Part shown: positions 51,692 through 63,429 of the stretch, in pieces
Layout: each line of letters opens with the position of its first letter
Position numbering within the stretch: the stretch's first letter is position 1
Source of the DNA: Mobula hypostoma
Lineage: Eukaryota
Assembly: GCF_963921235.1 (NCBI RefSeq)
Contig: NC_086108.1
Location: 114,206,001 to 114,270,000 of the forward strand
Direction: 5' to 3'
Length of the DNA: 64,000 nt
Made by a program: the position numbers and the translations under genes
Notes under the pieces: generated by a model
Database searches by the model: none
Told to the model about the DNA's origin: nothing
Seen by the model: only the letters and a program-made list of their open reading frames with translations

Positions 51692-52570
51692 GGAAGGACC
51701 ATGATGCTTAGAGGAATTGTGAAAGAGATGAAAACAGTGGCCTGGCCACAACAGTTTTTGTCGGCAAAGTATCTGAGAACTCTTCTGAGGTGTTAATCAG
51801 GCAGTTACTTGCAAAATGTGGCTTGGTTTTGAACTAGAAGAGAGTTCAAGGAGCTTTGGGAAAGTTGCAAGCATTTGGCTTTTGTGAATATAAGGAATCA
51901 GAATCTACTCTGAGTGCAGTAAGGTTATCGCATTAACTTCAAGTGGAAGACAAAAAGTAGATGCAAAGACCAAAGCCCAGCTGGATGAATGGAAGGCCAA
52001 AAAGAAAGGAGACAATGGAAAGATGAAAACAGGACTGGTCAGATGATGTGAATGAAGAAACCAAGAGGAGAGATCAGATTGTAAAGGATTAAGAGAATAC
52101 TCCAGTGAACCAAATGTACCTTCCCAAGATCAAGATGCACAAACTAGAAAAAGAAAAAGGAAAAGAACGAGGAGGTTGACATCACCTCTGTGGAACTGGA
52201 AAAGGATAAATGTGACTTGATTTCTCAAGAAATTAGCAAATTCTGAGATACTGACAAGAAACTAGTTGAAGAAAAGATTATGTGAGAAAGAGAAAGGGGT
52301 TGAGAGTAGGATAAAGAGAGAGAAGGAAGCCGGGGCCAGGCCGGAAACAGGAATCGGAATGGATCAGAGAGATAAAAGCCAAGACAAGGATGAGAACGGT
52401 GTCCAGAGCTGTCAGAACCACTTCCTGGTGTAGGCGTTTCAGAATCTACTCCTACACCCAGCACTGAGGAGGCCCCAAATGCTCAGATTGTTTTCACAGC
52501 CTCAAGTCTCTAGTGCCAAGCAGAGTGACCCCTTGTCAGGAAAGATGTTATCCAAGAAGATAAGAAAGCC
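51692..52570 (+). pseudogene. RBM25: RBM25 processed pseudogene fragment (RRM region onwards) in SLC44A2 intron 1
   Basis: Manual translation gives TTVFVGKVSENSSEVLIRQLLAKCGLVLN*KRVQGALGKLQAFGFCEYKESESTLSAVRLSH*LQVEDKK..VDAKTKAQLDEWKAKKKG..EETKRRDQIVK..REYSSE..DKCDLISQEISKF*DTDKKL, matching recalled RBM25. No introns; stops at 51835 and 51934; frameshifts. The 3' limit is uncertain beyond about 52400. Confidence 0.9.
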
Positions 52571-54073
52571 TCCACAGCGATAACATCTTTGGGCCTGAAT
52601 AGGACTATTTAAAATTGACAATGTGTGGATGGCCATTTATTAAAAGTTCAAAGGTTCACTTGTTACCAAAGCATGTATCTAAATACAGGTCTGAAATGTT
52701 TCTTCTCCAGATAGTCACAAAGCAAAAAAAGTTGTTCAGGGAGAAACTTCAAACTGCGCCCCCCCGCCAAAAAAAAGTGACATCCTGATCATCAACCCCT
52801 GAAACTCCCTCCACCCACACAAAATGGAACAGGAATATTGACCCCAGAAAATAACCCCCCCCCCACAAAAGAGAAGAAGAACATCAACCCCTCCCCCAAA
52901 AAACAAACTCCACCCAGGAAAAATAACTAACAGAACACAACAGAACATAACCCCCCAAATCCCTCCCCTTGCACAACAAAATGGAAAAGGAATGGACGAT
53001 AAGAAACACGTAGTTCATAAACACAATAGTCCAATCCATAAACGCAGAACCATGATACCCTCCCATATCACCGGCATTCATCGAAGGAGGGGGACACCAC
53101 ATGAACACAGAGGCCTACATGCCTGCACAGTGAGCCACACAGTGGTAGGCTGCTCACAGATTCCTTCGCTGGCAGTGATCAAAAGGCAGGCAGTCAGCAC
53201 TGAAATCTCATTCACCCTCCGCATTCACCTCGGTATCTCAATCTTTCTCGAGGTTTTAATTGGTGCTTAATAGACGCTTTAACTGGCAAAATGGAGTCGA
53301 CTGTCGGCTCACACCCTGTCTCGAAGTTTCTTCACATCGAGGCTGTCTGAGTATGTGCTGCCTTCCGAAAAACGACTTGGAGACAGCAAAGCGCTGGGTC
53401 TCTCAGACAATCTCCAAGCTGTAAATCACAGGCTCTAACAGTCCCAAAAACGCATTTAAGGTGAAAAGCAGATGTAAATGCGGGGGTGCAGTGCTAGCTG
53501 GAGCGTATCCAGCACCTCCTTAAGGGAAAAGCTGAACTAAACAAGTTAATTAATTAGGTGCCGCCTAGGGTGATTTGAGTATCTCAGAAACCGCTGATCT
53601 CCTGGGATTTTTACGTACAACAGACACTGGAGTTTACAAAGAATGGTGCCAAAAACAAAAAAATATCCAGCGAGTGGATTTAACAAGATGTTTTCGCTCA
53701 CTGAACAGCCACTCCCAGTCTCTGTAAAAAAGTAAAAAAGACATTTTCATGACCAAGGGAGCATTGTACACTGGTGCCTTCTAAACTACATATCCACAGA
53801 GCAGTTGCGTTATATATTATTCTGTATATAGTTGTGATGGATTCTTTATTGTGTTGTTTATAGCTAAGCAGGGGGGCATGTTGTGTATTTAATATATCAG
53901 TAATATCTCTGCAATATTGTAAATATATTGTTTGATGAAACATTCTTTGTTGTTTGCATAGTTCATTATGGGTTCCATGTGAAAATACGTGAATGACACA
54001 TCATCACGCGTCTCTCGGCTCCCTTGCTTTCCTTTCAACTCATTTTATGTCTTGGCAACACAAAACATAACAG

Positions 54074-55170
54074 GTCACTGTGGGGGGGTGGTACTGAGGG
54101 AGGGCACACTGTGGGAGGGGCGGTACTGAGGAAAGGTCACACTGTGGGAGGGGCGGTACTGAGGGAGGGTCACACTGTGGGAGGGGCGCTGCTGAGGGAG
54201 GGTCACCCTGTGGGAGGGGCGCTGCTGAGGGAGGGTCACACTGTGGGAGGGGCGCTGCTGAGGGAGGGTCACCCTGTGGGAGGGGCGCCGCTGAGGGAGG
54301 GTCACACTGCACACTGTGGGAGGGGCAGTACTGAGGGAGGGTCACACTGTGGGAGGGGCGGTGCTGAGGGAGGGTCACACTGTGGGGGGGCGGTACTGAG
54401 GGAGGGTCACATTGTGGGAGGGGCAGTACTGAGGGAGGGTCACACTGTGGGGGAGTGGTATTGAGGGAGGGTCACACTGTGGGATGGGTGGTACTGAGGG
54501 AGGGTCACACTGTGGGAGGGGTGGTACTGAGGGAGAGTCACACTGTGGGAGGGGTGGTATTGAGGGAGGGTCACACTGTGGGAGGGGTGGTACTGAGGGA
54601 GGGTCACACTGAGAGAGGGTCACACTGTAGGGTGGGGGGGTGGTACTGAGGGAGGGTCACACTGTGGGAGGGGCGGTACTGAGGGAGGGTCACACTGTGG
54701 GAGGGGTGGTACTGAGGGAGTGTCACACTGTGGGAGGGGTGGTATTGAGGGAGGGTCACACTGTGGGAGGGGTGGTACTGAGGGAGGGTCACACTGAGGG
54801 AGGGTCACACTGTAGGGTGGGGGGTGGTACTGAGGGAGGGTCACACTGAGGGAGGGGTGGTACTGAGGGAGGGTCACTGTGGGGGGAGTGGTACTGAGGG
54901 AGGGTCACACTGTGGGAGGGGTGGTACTGAGGGAGGGTCACACTGTAGGGTGGGGGGTGGTACTGAGGGAGGGTCACACTGTGGGAGGGGTGGTACTGAG
55001 AGAGGGTCACACTGTGGGGGGAGTGGTACTGAGGGAGGGTCACACTGTGGGAGGGGTGGTAACGAGGGAGGGTCACACTGTAGGGTGGGGGGTGGTACTG
55101 AGGGAGGGTCACACTGTGGGAGGGGTGGTACTGAGAGAGGGTCACACTGTAGGGTGGGGTAGTACTGAGT
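54074..55170 (-). repeat. 33-bp minisatellite array (about 33 units), inverted relative to the other two
   Basis: The + strand unit is gggaggggtggtactgagggagggtcacactgt. Confidence 0.95.
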
Positions 55171-55275
55171 GAGTGTGGCACTAAGAGGAAAACAGCCAAA
55201 ATGTCTGGAATGATGTTCAGTTCTGTTTCCACGGTGGTGAATTTAATACATCGTGTGTATTTTTCTCTCTTTCAG

Positions 55276-55324
55276 GTGAGCCTCGGAAATTCGACCCGAC
55301 ATTCAAGGGACCCATTCATAACAG
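55276..55324 (+). CDS. SLC44A2: Choline transporter-like protein 2, coding exon 2 (G-EPRKFDPTFKGPIHN-R)
   Basis: Pyrimidine tract ttttctctctttcAG, 49-nt exon, donor AG|GTGAGC. The DPTFKGPI-x-NR motif is characteristic of the CTL2/4/5 N-terminus. Confidence 0.93.
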
Positions 55325-55748
55325 GTGAGCTACCACCTCCACCGGACAGACTGTGATAACTTCAGCCACAAAGTTGTCAACTGCAGACAGCATCACCTAG
55401 ACTCAAAACAGAGCGAGTTCCACAGCTCTGGGCTAGGCAGGCAGTCACGAGCGATGTGGGGGGGTAGTGGTTGAAGGGGTCACAGAGACAGGAGGGGTGT
55501 AGGGGCCAGATGGTTTACAGAGACAGGGAGGGGTTTAGAACCCCATTTTTCACGTTGGTGTTAACGATATGGGGTTAGAAGTGGTCCCGTCCCTGGGAGT
55601 TTGGACGCAGCATCTGGCACAGTGTGGGGTTATTAAGAATCCAGCACCATTGCTCCTGAAGAGGCCTTCAATGTTGGCTGAAGGTATGTTAGGGTTAGTG
55701 CGGGAGTTTTTGAAGCTGAAAATGGAATCTGGGTGATATTGGCTTGAG

Positions 55749-55944
55749 CAACACACACAAAAAATGCTGGTGAACGCAACAGGCCAGGCAGCATCTATAG
55801 GAAGAGGTACAGTTGACGTTTCGGGCCAAGACCCTTCGTCAGTACTGTACCTCTTCCTAGAGATGCTGCCTGGCCTGCTGCATTCACCAGCATTTTGTGT
55901 GTGTTGCTTGAAATTGCAGCATCTGCAGATTTCCTCGTGTTTGC
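55749..55944. mobile_element. 196-bp Penelope-derived hairpin element
   Basis: Long inverted arms; perfect 14-bp TSD GATATTGGCTTGAG at 55735-55748 and 55945-55958. Confidence 0.85.
55805..55852 (-). ncRNA. Minimal type I hammerhead ribozyme motif (intact core)
   Basis: The - strand of 55815-55842 reads CUGACGA-A-GGG-UCUUGG-CCC-GAAA-C-GUC, closed by a long stem I. This fits the PLE-associated minimal hammerhead pattern. Activity untested. Confidence 0.7.
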
Positions 55945-56300
55945 GATATTGGCTTGAGTTGTCCTGTGTAGCGAGGGTAGAGTCAGGGTGTGCTGGATAC
56001 TGCCCAGGGTCAATGAAACCCCTGGTGAAAAGCAAGAGAGGGTAAGTACTGTCCAAGCCGGAGATCCTGTTTACATCGGCGCTGCTGTGGACGTTGCAGT
56101 AAGGCAAGGGTTAACATAATGACTGCAGATCAGGAGTTCCCATGGCCCCCTTGGTTAATGGTAAGCCCCATGGCATACGAAGGGTTGGGAAGCCAGCTAC
56201 AGACAGAGTGCAGACTGCCCAGGCCAGAGCCTGTCTACAGAGCAGAGCTTCCCTTTGCACTGCAGGGGCTGGATATGAGATAAGCGATCCAACCTGCATA

Positions 56301-56303
<3 letters not shown>

Positions 56304-56352
<49 letters not shown>

Positions 56353-56519
56353 ACACACACACCACATATACACACACACACACATCACACACACACACAC
56401 ACCACACACACCACACACACACCACATATACACACACACACACACCACACACACACACACACCACACACACACACACACACCACACACACACACACCACA
56501 CACACCACACACACACACA

Positions 56520-56550
<31 letters not shown>

Positions 56551-56570
56551 CCACACACACCACACACACA

Positions 56571-56609
<39 letters not shown>

Positions 56610-56664
56610 ACACACACACCACACACACACCACACACACCACACACACACCACATATACACACA

Positions 56665-56695
<31 letters not shown>

Positions 56696-56791
56696 CACAT
56701 CACACACACACACACACACACACACCACACACACACACACCACATATATACACACACACACATACACACACACACACACACCACACACACA

Positions 56792-56822
<31 letters not shown>

Positions 56823-56921
56823 CACATCACATCACACACACACACACACACACACCACACACACACACACCACATATATACACACACACACATACACACA
56901 CACACATCACACACACACACA

Positions 56922-56952
<31 letters not shown>

Positions 56953-56954
56953 CC

Positions 56955-56986
<32 letters not shown>

Positions 56987-57037
56987 CATATATATACACA
57001 AACCACACACCCACACACACCACACACACACACACAC

Positions 57038-57070
<33 letters not shown>

Positions 57071-57094
57071 GACACACACACACACACACACACC

Positions 57095-57127
<33 letters not shown>

Positions 57128-57166
57128 TCACACACACACACACACACACACCACACACACACACAC

Positions 57167-57200
<34 letters not shown>

Positions 57201-57206
57201 CACACC

Positions 57207-57238
<32 letters not shown>

Positions 57239-57363
57239 CATATATATACACAAACCACACACCCACACACACCACACACACACACCACATATATACACAC
57301 ACACATACACACACACATCACACACACACACCACATATACACACACACATCACACACACACAC

Positions 57364-57403
<40 letters not shown>

Positions 57404-57497
57404 ACATATATACACAAACCACACACCCACACACACCACACACACACACACCACATATATACACACACACATACACACACACATCACACACACACAC

Positions 57498-57528
<31 letters not shown>

Positions 57529-57540
57529 GACACACACACA

Positions 57541-57581
<41 letters not shown>

Positions 57582-57609
57582 ACACACACACCACACACAC
57601 ACACACACC

Positions 57610-57641
<32 letters not shown>

Positions 57642-57728
57642 CATATATATACACAAACCACACACCCACACACACCACACACACACACACCACATATATA
57701 CACACACACACACATACACACACACACA

Positions 57729-57765
<37 letters not shown>

Positions 57766-57855
57766 ACATATATACACAAACCACACACCCACACACACCA
57801 CACACACCACATATATACACACACACACATACACACACACATCACACACACACAC

Positions 57856-57886
<31 letters not shown>

Positions 57887-57994
57887 GACACACACGCACA
57901 CACCACACACACCACACACACACCACGAACACACACACACACAAACACCACACACACACACCACAGACACCACACACACACACACACACAAACA

Positions 57995-58027
<33 letters not shown>

Positions 58028-58035
58028 ACACACAC

Positions 58036-58075
<40 letters not shown>

Positions 58076-58738
58076 CCACACACACACACACCACACACAC
58101 CACATACACACACACACACACACACACACCACACAGGCACACACACACACACACAGACACACACACACACACCACACACACCACACACACACAGACACAC
58201 ACACCACACACACAGGCACACACACACACACACACACACCATACACACACAGACACACAACACACACACACACCACACACACACACACAACCACCACACA
58301 CACACACACACACAGACACACACACCACACACACACCACACACACCCCACACACACACACACCACACACACACACACCACACACACACACACCCCATACA
58401 CACCACACACACACACACACACACACACACACCACACACACACACACACACCACACACACACCACACACACCCCACACACACACACACCACACACACACA
58501 CACCACACACACACACACCCCATACACACCACACACACACACACACACACACACACACCACACACACACACACACACAGACACACACACACACCACACAC
58601 ACAAACACACCACACACCCACACACCACACCACACACACACACACACAGACACACACACACACACACCACATACACACACACACACTCTCACCACAGACA
58701 CACACACACCCACACACACACTCACACACACACACACA

Positions 58739-58777
<39 letters not shown>

Positions 58778-58799
58778 ACACACACACACACATACACAC
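56304..58799. repeat. 2.5-kb compound (CA)n microsatellite
   Basis: Seen directly; interrupted by cac, cat and tatata variants. Confidence 0.97.
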
Positions 58800-60119
58800 A
58801 AGCTAAGAGGCAATTGCTTTACTAACTTCAAAGTGTGATTGGTTGACTGTTTGTAGTTTTGATTGACTTTTAACACCTCCATTGTGAATGGCGATTGATC
58901 TTGCAAGTAAGGAATTCAAACATAATTTACCAGATGCTCAATGTCCGTAACTGATGAGTCAATTCAAATAGCAGTTTTCTGTCCCAGTTTTGGACCAGTG
59001 TGTGAGACGGGGTCATGCTGTTCTCCTTGTGCACAAGTGAAATAAAGTATGTTTGAGTTGTTGAAGAATGTGTGTTCTGCGTACAGTTATTTTATTTTAT
59101 TATCAGCAACAACACCGGGGCAACAGTCCAGTTAAATTCACACTCCGGAGGGTCAATCTATCAGCTTGCAATCCCAGCACAGATGGGCATTTGAAATTTG
59201 ATAAGTTCTTCAATTCTGCATTTAAGATCAGTCTCAATCTCGGTGAGTGTGAGTCTTTCCACAGATGTGCAGTAAACCCATCAGTTTCACTGAAGTTGTC
59301 CAGGGATGGTAATCTTTCACTTCCTCCTTTATCTTACCTTTAGCTTGCCATGGACGAGGGGAGGAGGGATAAGGTCCCAGCAGTGTGTCTGAAATGGCCT
59401 CCGACAACCAAGTCCAGCTCCTGGCCTTCACGTGTGGTTTAGCTATTAAGCCCTGTGGAACCGTTTCCACTGACAGGAGAAGGGGCAAAGGCATGCTACT
59501 GGCACCTTAAAACCAGTCGACCTTGACCAAGGAGAGCCTCAGGCCTCAAGATATGGATAGGGGGAACACCGTGGGGAAGTATTTTATTGAGAGAGGGCTA
59601 ATTACGATGCTATTACACAGGAACTTAATTGTCATTGAACCATATATGAATACCCAGACAAAACAGTGTTACTCTGGGGCCAAGGTGTAAACCACAGTAC
59701 CAACAGTCACCCACAGCACAAGACACATATAGCACACATAAAATAGCAGCAAACATACAGTCACGCAAAAAAATAATAATCTGGCCCAAGTGCCTGAGTG
59801 TCATGTCCTGTCGATTGATGGTGCATGGATGTTGCTGGCAAGAACAAGCCCACAGCAGTCTGATCATCGCGGGCTAGTGCGGCCGCAGACAAACACAATC
59901 TGGCTGGTTTTCCACTGAGCGAACACCGGAGGGTAGCACGGGTGGGAGGAACCAGTCTTTAACTCAGCGTGGACACCTGCCATGCCACACCACCTCCGAC
60001 GCCTCCTCTCGAGAAGCACAGTGGAAATGAGGGTTTGTTTAGGGAGCACTTGCTTGGGGTTCTGGGTAGGTTTGTCCCACTGAGGCGGGAATAGATGGTA
60101 GGGCGAAGGAACCATGAGT

Positions 60120-63038
60120 TGACAAGAGATGCGGGACATTTAGTCAAGGGGAAGAAAGAAACTTCCATAAGCTTAGGAAGCAAAGGTGAGATGGGGTCCT
60201 AGAGGGTGGCAAGAAAGCCATGAAGGAGCTTAATAAGGACTTAGGAGAGCTAAAAGGGGCCATAGAAGACCTTTGAAAGTGGGATGAGGAAGACCCCCAA
60301 GGCATCTTACAAGGATAACTAGAGTAAGAGTAACACTGATCAGAGAGGAAGAGTAAACATGACTGGAGTTGCAGGAGGTAAGGGAGGCTCTTAATGAATC
60401 CTTTGCTTCAGCGTTCACCAAAGAGAGGGACCTTGACGTTTGTGAGGACAGTGTGAACCAGGCTAATATGCTGAAACATGTTGATGTGTGGAGGACAATG
60501 TATGGAAACTCTTGAAAAACATTAGGATAGATAAATCCTCGGGGCCAGACAGGATATACGCAAGGTTACTACAGGAAGGAAGGGAAGAGATTACTGCATC
60601 TTTGAAGATGACCTTTGTGTTCTCATGGGTAACAGGAGTGTGCAGAGAATTTGAGAGTCGCAAATGTTGTTCCTTTGTTCAAGAGAGGGAGTGGGGTTAA
60701 CCCTGGGAATGATAGACCAGTGAGTAAATTATTAGAGAGGGTTCTTAGAGATGGGGTTTATGAGTATTTGGAGAAGCACAGTCTGATTAGGGATAGTAGT
60801 TTTGAGTGATCCAATTTTCCTACTTTGGAAAAATAAAGGTATTAATTCTGTTTTGGATTTGTTTAAAGAAGATAGACTGATGTCTTTTGAACAATTAGTT
60901 GATAAATATTCTCTTTCATACTCACACCTTTTACAATACCTTCAAGTTAGACATTTCTTACAAAAATATTTAAGTAATTTTCCTTATATATTGGAGGCTG
61001 ACCTGTTTGATACTATTATGAGTATGAACTCTTTGATGAAGGGTTCTATTGGAAGAATTTATAATTTACTATTACAATGGGATAAGCGTCCTTTATTTAA
61101 GATTAAACAAGATTGGGAAAAGGAACTCAATCTGACTTTTATGACGGAGGACTGGACACAGATTCTGAAGCTGGTTAACTCTTCTTCGATCTGTGCTAGT
61201 CATTCACTGATTCAATTTTAAATTGTACATCGTTACCATCTGACAAAGGAGAGATTGTCTAAAATATTCCCTAATGTTGATAGTTATTGTGATGGATGTA
61301 AAACTGAGACAGCTACACTAACACACATGTTTTGGTCTTGTTCTATACTGGAACAGTTCTGGAATTCAGTTTTTCTAACAATTTCTAAAGCACTTAAAAT
61401 TAATTTACAACCTAACAAATTAACTGTGCTTTTTGGAATAATTCCTCAAAATATCCGTGGTATTTTTGTGTCTGACCAACACGTTATTGCATTTGTTACA
61501 TTGATAGCTGGGAGGGCCATTTTGTTGAAGTGGAAGGATACATCAGCTCCCACTTCGTCACAATGGTTCTCTCAAGTGATGCTATGTCTTAGTTTGGAGA
61601 AAATTGGAAGTCGAACCTCTGAACCTTTATTTGATTTTGAGAAAAAATGGGGTTCATTTGCTTGTTATTATCATTTGAGTTAATCGATAGATTTCCTGCA
61701 CGATCTAATGGTAAATTTTTGGTACTTTTTTTTTCTTGCTGGCGGTTTGATTATCTTTAGAAGCTTTTTGTACGACGCATGGCTCCGGGGTTGAACACCA
61801 AATGGGTTTTTTTTCCTCACTTTTTCTTGCTTAGTAGGGTTTTTTTTCTTTTTTTTTTAATCACCAAAATTTTTTCAATCTTTAAAATAATTTTAAAAAT
61901 TTATCTTGAGACATTGTAAGTGTTGCTTACTTCGATGTACTCATGTTACTTTTGGATAATAATAATAAAAAGATTTGAAAAGAAAGAATCCGGAGAAACC
62001 TGATCATGAGGATCCAGAATTGGCTTTGTGCAGAAGGTAGAGGGTGATAGTAGATGGAATGTATTTTGCCTGGAGTTCGGTGACCAGATCAGTGACCAGG
62101 GATCTGCTCTGGACCTCTGTTCTTTGTGATTTTTATAAATGACTTGGATGAGGACGGGGAGGGAGTTCGTAAGGTTTACTAATGACGCAGAGGCTGGTGG
62201 TGTTGTGGACAATGTGGAAGGTTGTGGTAGATTACAATCGGACATTGACAGGAAGCACAGATGGGCTGAGAAGTGGCAGATGCAGTTCAACCCAGAGCAC
62301 TGTGAAGTGATTCACTTTAGAATTTGAATTTGAAGGTAATGTGGTAGGATTCTTGCCAGTGTGGAGGAACAGGGGGATCTTGGGGTCCACGTCCCTAGAT
62401 CCCTCAAAGTTGCTGCACAAGTTGATAGAGTAGCTAAGAAGGCGTGTGGTATGTTAGCTTTCATTAGTCAGGGAACTAAGGTAAAGAGCCGCAAGGTAAT
62501 GGTGCAGCTCTATAAAACTCTGGTTAGGCCACACTTGGGGTATCGTGTTCAGTTCTGGTCACCTCATTATAGGAAGGATGTGGAAGCATTAGAGAGGGTG
62601 AGGAGGAGATTTACCAGGATGTTGCCTGGATTAGAGAGCATTGATAATGAGGATAGGTTGAGTGAACTAGGACTTTTCTCTTCAGAGTGAAGGAGGATGA
62701 GTTGTGACTTGACAGAGGTGTACAGGATGTTAAGAGGCGTTGATGGAGTGGACAGTCATAGACTTTGTCCCCGGGTATAAATGGCTAATACAACTGGGTA
62801 TAAATTTAAGATGGTTCTGGAAAGTATATGGGGATGTCAGAGGTAAGTTTTTACATAGAGAATGGTGGGTGTGTGGAACGCACTACAAAGGTGGTGCCTG
62901 AGATAACGGTAGAGGCAAATACATTAGGGACATTTAAGAGACTCTTAGATGGCACATGGTTGATAGAGAAATGGAGGCTATGTAGGATGGAAGGGTTAGA
63001 TTGATCTTGAAGTAGATTAAAGGATGGGCATGACATTG
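60120..63038 (+). mobile_element. Degraded CR1 ORF2 and 3' UTR, interrupted by L1
   Basis: DKSSGPD, WAEKWQMQFN, RPHLGYRVQFWSPHYRKD; the 3' UTR runs to about 63038. Confidence 0.8.
60800..61987 (+). mobile_element. L1-clade LINE 3' fragment
   Basis: WKNKGI..YLQVRHFL, IQF.IVHRYHLT, CDGC..THMFWSC zinc-finger C-terminus; T-rich UTR, AATAAA and A-rich tail. Confidence 0.85.
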
Positions 63039-63058
63039 TCTCTCCTCTCCCTCTACAG

Positions 63059-63132
63059 GCACTGCACAGACATTCTCTGCTGCGTGTTATTTGTTGTGGT
63101 AATCCTCGGCTACATCGCCCTGGGAGTGATCG
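63059..63132 (+). CDS. SLC44A2: Choline transporter-like protein 2, coding exon 3 (R-HCTDILCCVLFVVVILGYIALGVI; first TM helix); gene continues beyond window
   Basis: Acceptor ctctccctctacAG, 74-nt exon, donor G|GTGAGT. CTD-x-x-CC plus a hydrophobic helix is the CTL family signature, and the phases match exon 2. Confidence 0.93.
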
Positions 63133-63429
63133 GTGAGTACGATGGTTTATCCCTCAATCCCAAGGACTGGGAAGCAGAGGGGCATGAGCCTGTGGAGTTT
63201 TCTACCCTGGAGGGATTGAAAGACAGGGGCAGATACACTTATAGAGCGATTGGGGTAATTGAGAAGGGGAGATGTGGCCTGCGTCAGAACAACCATGGTC
63301 ACAGTGAGAGGTGGGACAGGGCTGAGGGGCTAATGGCCTCTTCCAGCCCCTGCTTTTCCAAGTTCTCAATTCCAGTCTTTCTGGGAATGAGGCACCTTCC
63401 CTTCTTTACATCTGCTCAGCTAGGACAGT

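Noticed and set aside
52640..53470. A/C-rich stretch with short ORFs
   Set aside because: It looks like an unclassified repeat; I could not support any protein motif or splice structure.
56111..58906. Long His/Thr and Cys/Val ORFs (up to 898 aa)
   Set aside because: These are translations of the (CA)n tract, which lacks stop codons by composition; there is no evidence of a gene.
59345..59530. Possible HDV-like ribozyme in an RTE-type 5' fragment (CUCCUG/CAGGAG pairing, UUCACGU loop, GUGGAA/UUCCAC stem)
   Set aside because: I could not find a P1 helix or P1.1 pairing with the right spacing; it needs a descriptor search on the family consensus.
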